Shown piece after piece: positions 63,381 through 64,000 of a stretch of 64,000 bases of DNA. The notes under the pieces were generated by a model. That model was not told the origin of the DNA, made no database searches, and saw only the letters and a list, made by a program, of their open reading frames with translations. The position numbers were made by a program, and so were the translations under genes. Numbering within the stretch: position 1 is the first letter of the stretch; the number at the start of each line of letters is the position of its first letter. This DNA comes from Octopus bimaculoides (Eukaryota): assembly GCF_001194135.2 (NCBI RefSeq), contig NC_068983.1:101283265-101347264 (forward strand), in the 5' to 3' direction.

Positions 63381-64000
63381 CGAGTGTGGGTTGAAAAGTT
63401 CATTGGCTGACTACGAAGCAGTGATAGTAGAGCTGTGAAATATAGCATGCATTAATTTCAACCCTTCTTATAAATAAGTGCATTGTCTCGTTCAATGACT
63501 GTTCAAACTTTAAAAGTAACTGGTAGCAACAGCAGATGTAACGTCATCATCTCTGCGATACTGGTTCCCAACCAAGTGTTTTTTTCACGTTGTAGAACAG
63601 ATGATAGTCAGACGTAGCCAAAAAAGGAAAATTGAGAGTGTAATGAACCAGTTCAATGCTATAGTCATGCACAATAAGCATTGAAACCAAGAAATTGTGT
63701 GCTGGAGTATTGTCCTGATGAAACATGACCTCTTTCGTCAGATTTTCTGGGCGTTTGGTCTTGATAGCCTTTCATAACTTCCTCAGCAAGTTGGCAGAGT
63801 ACTCTTTATTGATGGCGTGTCCTTTTGAAGATAGCCAATAAACACGCCTTTTATATCCCCGAAAACTGAGGTCATCTTCCCTGCAGATAAAAAGACCTTG
63901 GCCTTCTTTGGAGCAGGTGAGGAAGAGTGTTTCTACGTCATGGATTGTGTCTTTGTCTCTGGCTTAAAGTGATGAAGCCAACACTCGTCCTGGGTTAGCA
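63381..64000 (-). mobile_element. Mariner transposon remnant (3' half of the transposase plus TIR)
   Basis: Minus strand TQDECWLHHFKPETKTQS..HSSSPAPKKAKV..FHQDNTPAH..SDYHLF; TIR CGAGTGTGGGTTGAAAAGTTC after TA at 63379-80; stops and frameshifts. Confidence 0.9.

Overview
AT-rich, repeat-dense eukaryotic genomic window with three N gaps. The SINE/LINE repertoire and dense (TA)n/(CA)n microsatellites suggest an octopus (cephalopod) assembly; that is an inference, not a search result. The only host gene I can support is a + strand, 5-coding-exon Myeloid Leukemia Factor (MLF/Mlf) homologue spanning about 41 kb (ATG 9752, TAG ending 50768, 226 aa). The ORF track misses it except for exon 2. All four introns are GT-AG and phase-compatible. 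Most of the rest is transposon-derived: two decayed R4/Dong LINEs (one near full length), RTE, CR1-like, Jockey/L2-like and Hero-like LINE fragments, a mariner remnant, Merlin-like, hAT-like and piggyBac-like MITEs, and several SINE families. I found no convincing new multi-gene system. The most unusual items are: two Merlin-like MITEs sharing arms but carrying different cores (one an inverted TTAGGG/CCCTAA palindrome); tandem ~66-bp double-hairpin units in an RTE 3' region; a fossil hammerhead-ribozyme core; long intronic fold-backs in the MLF pre-mRNA; and a possible 3'UTR intron. Repeat family assignments come from motifs recognised by eye, and repeat boundaries are approximate unless TIR/TSD positions are given.
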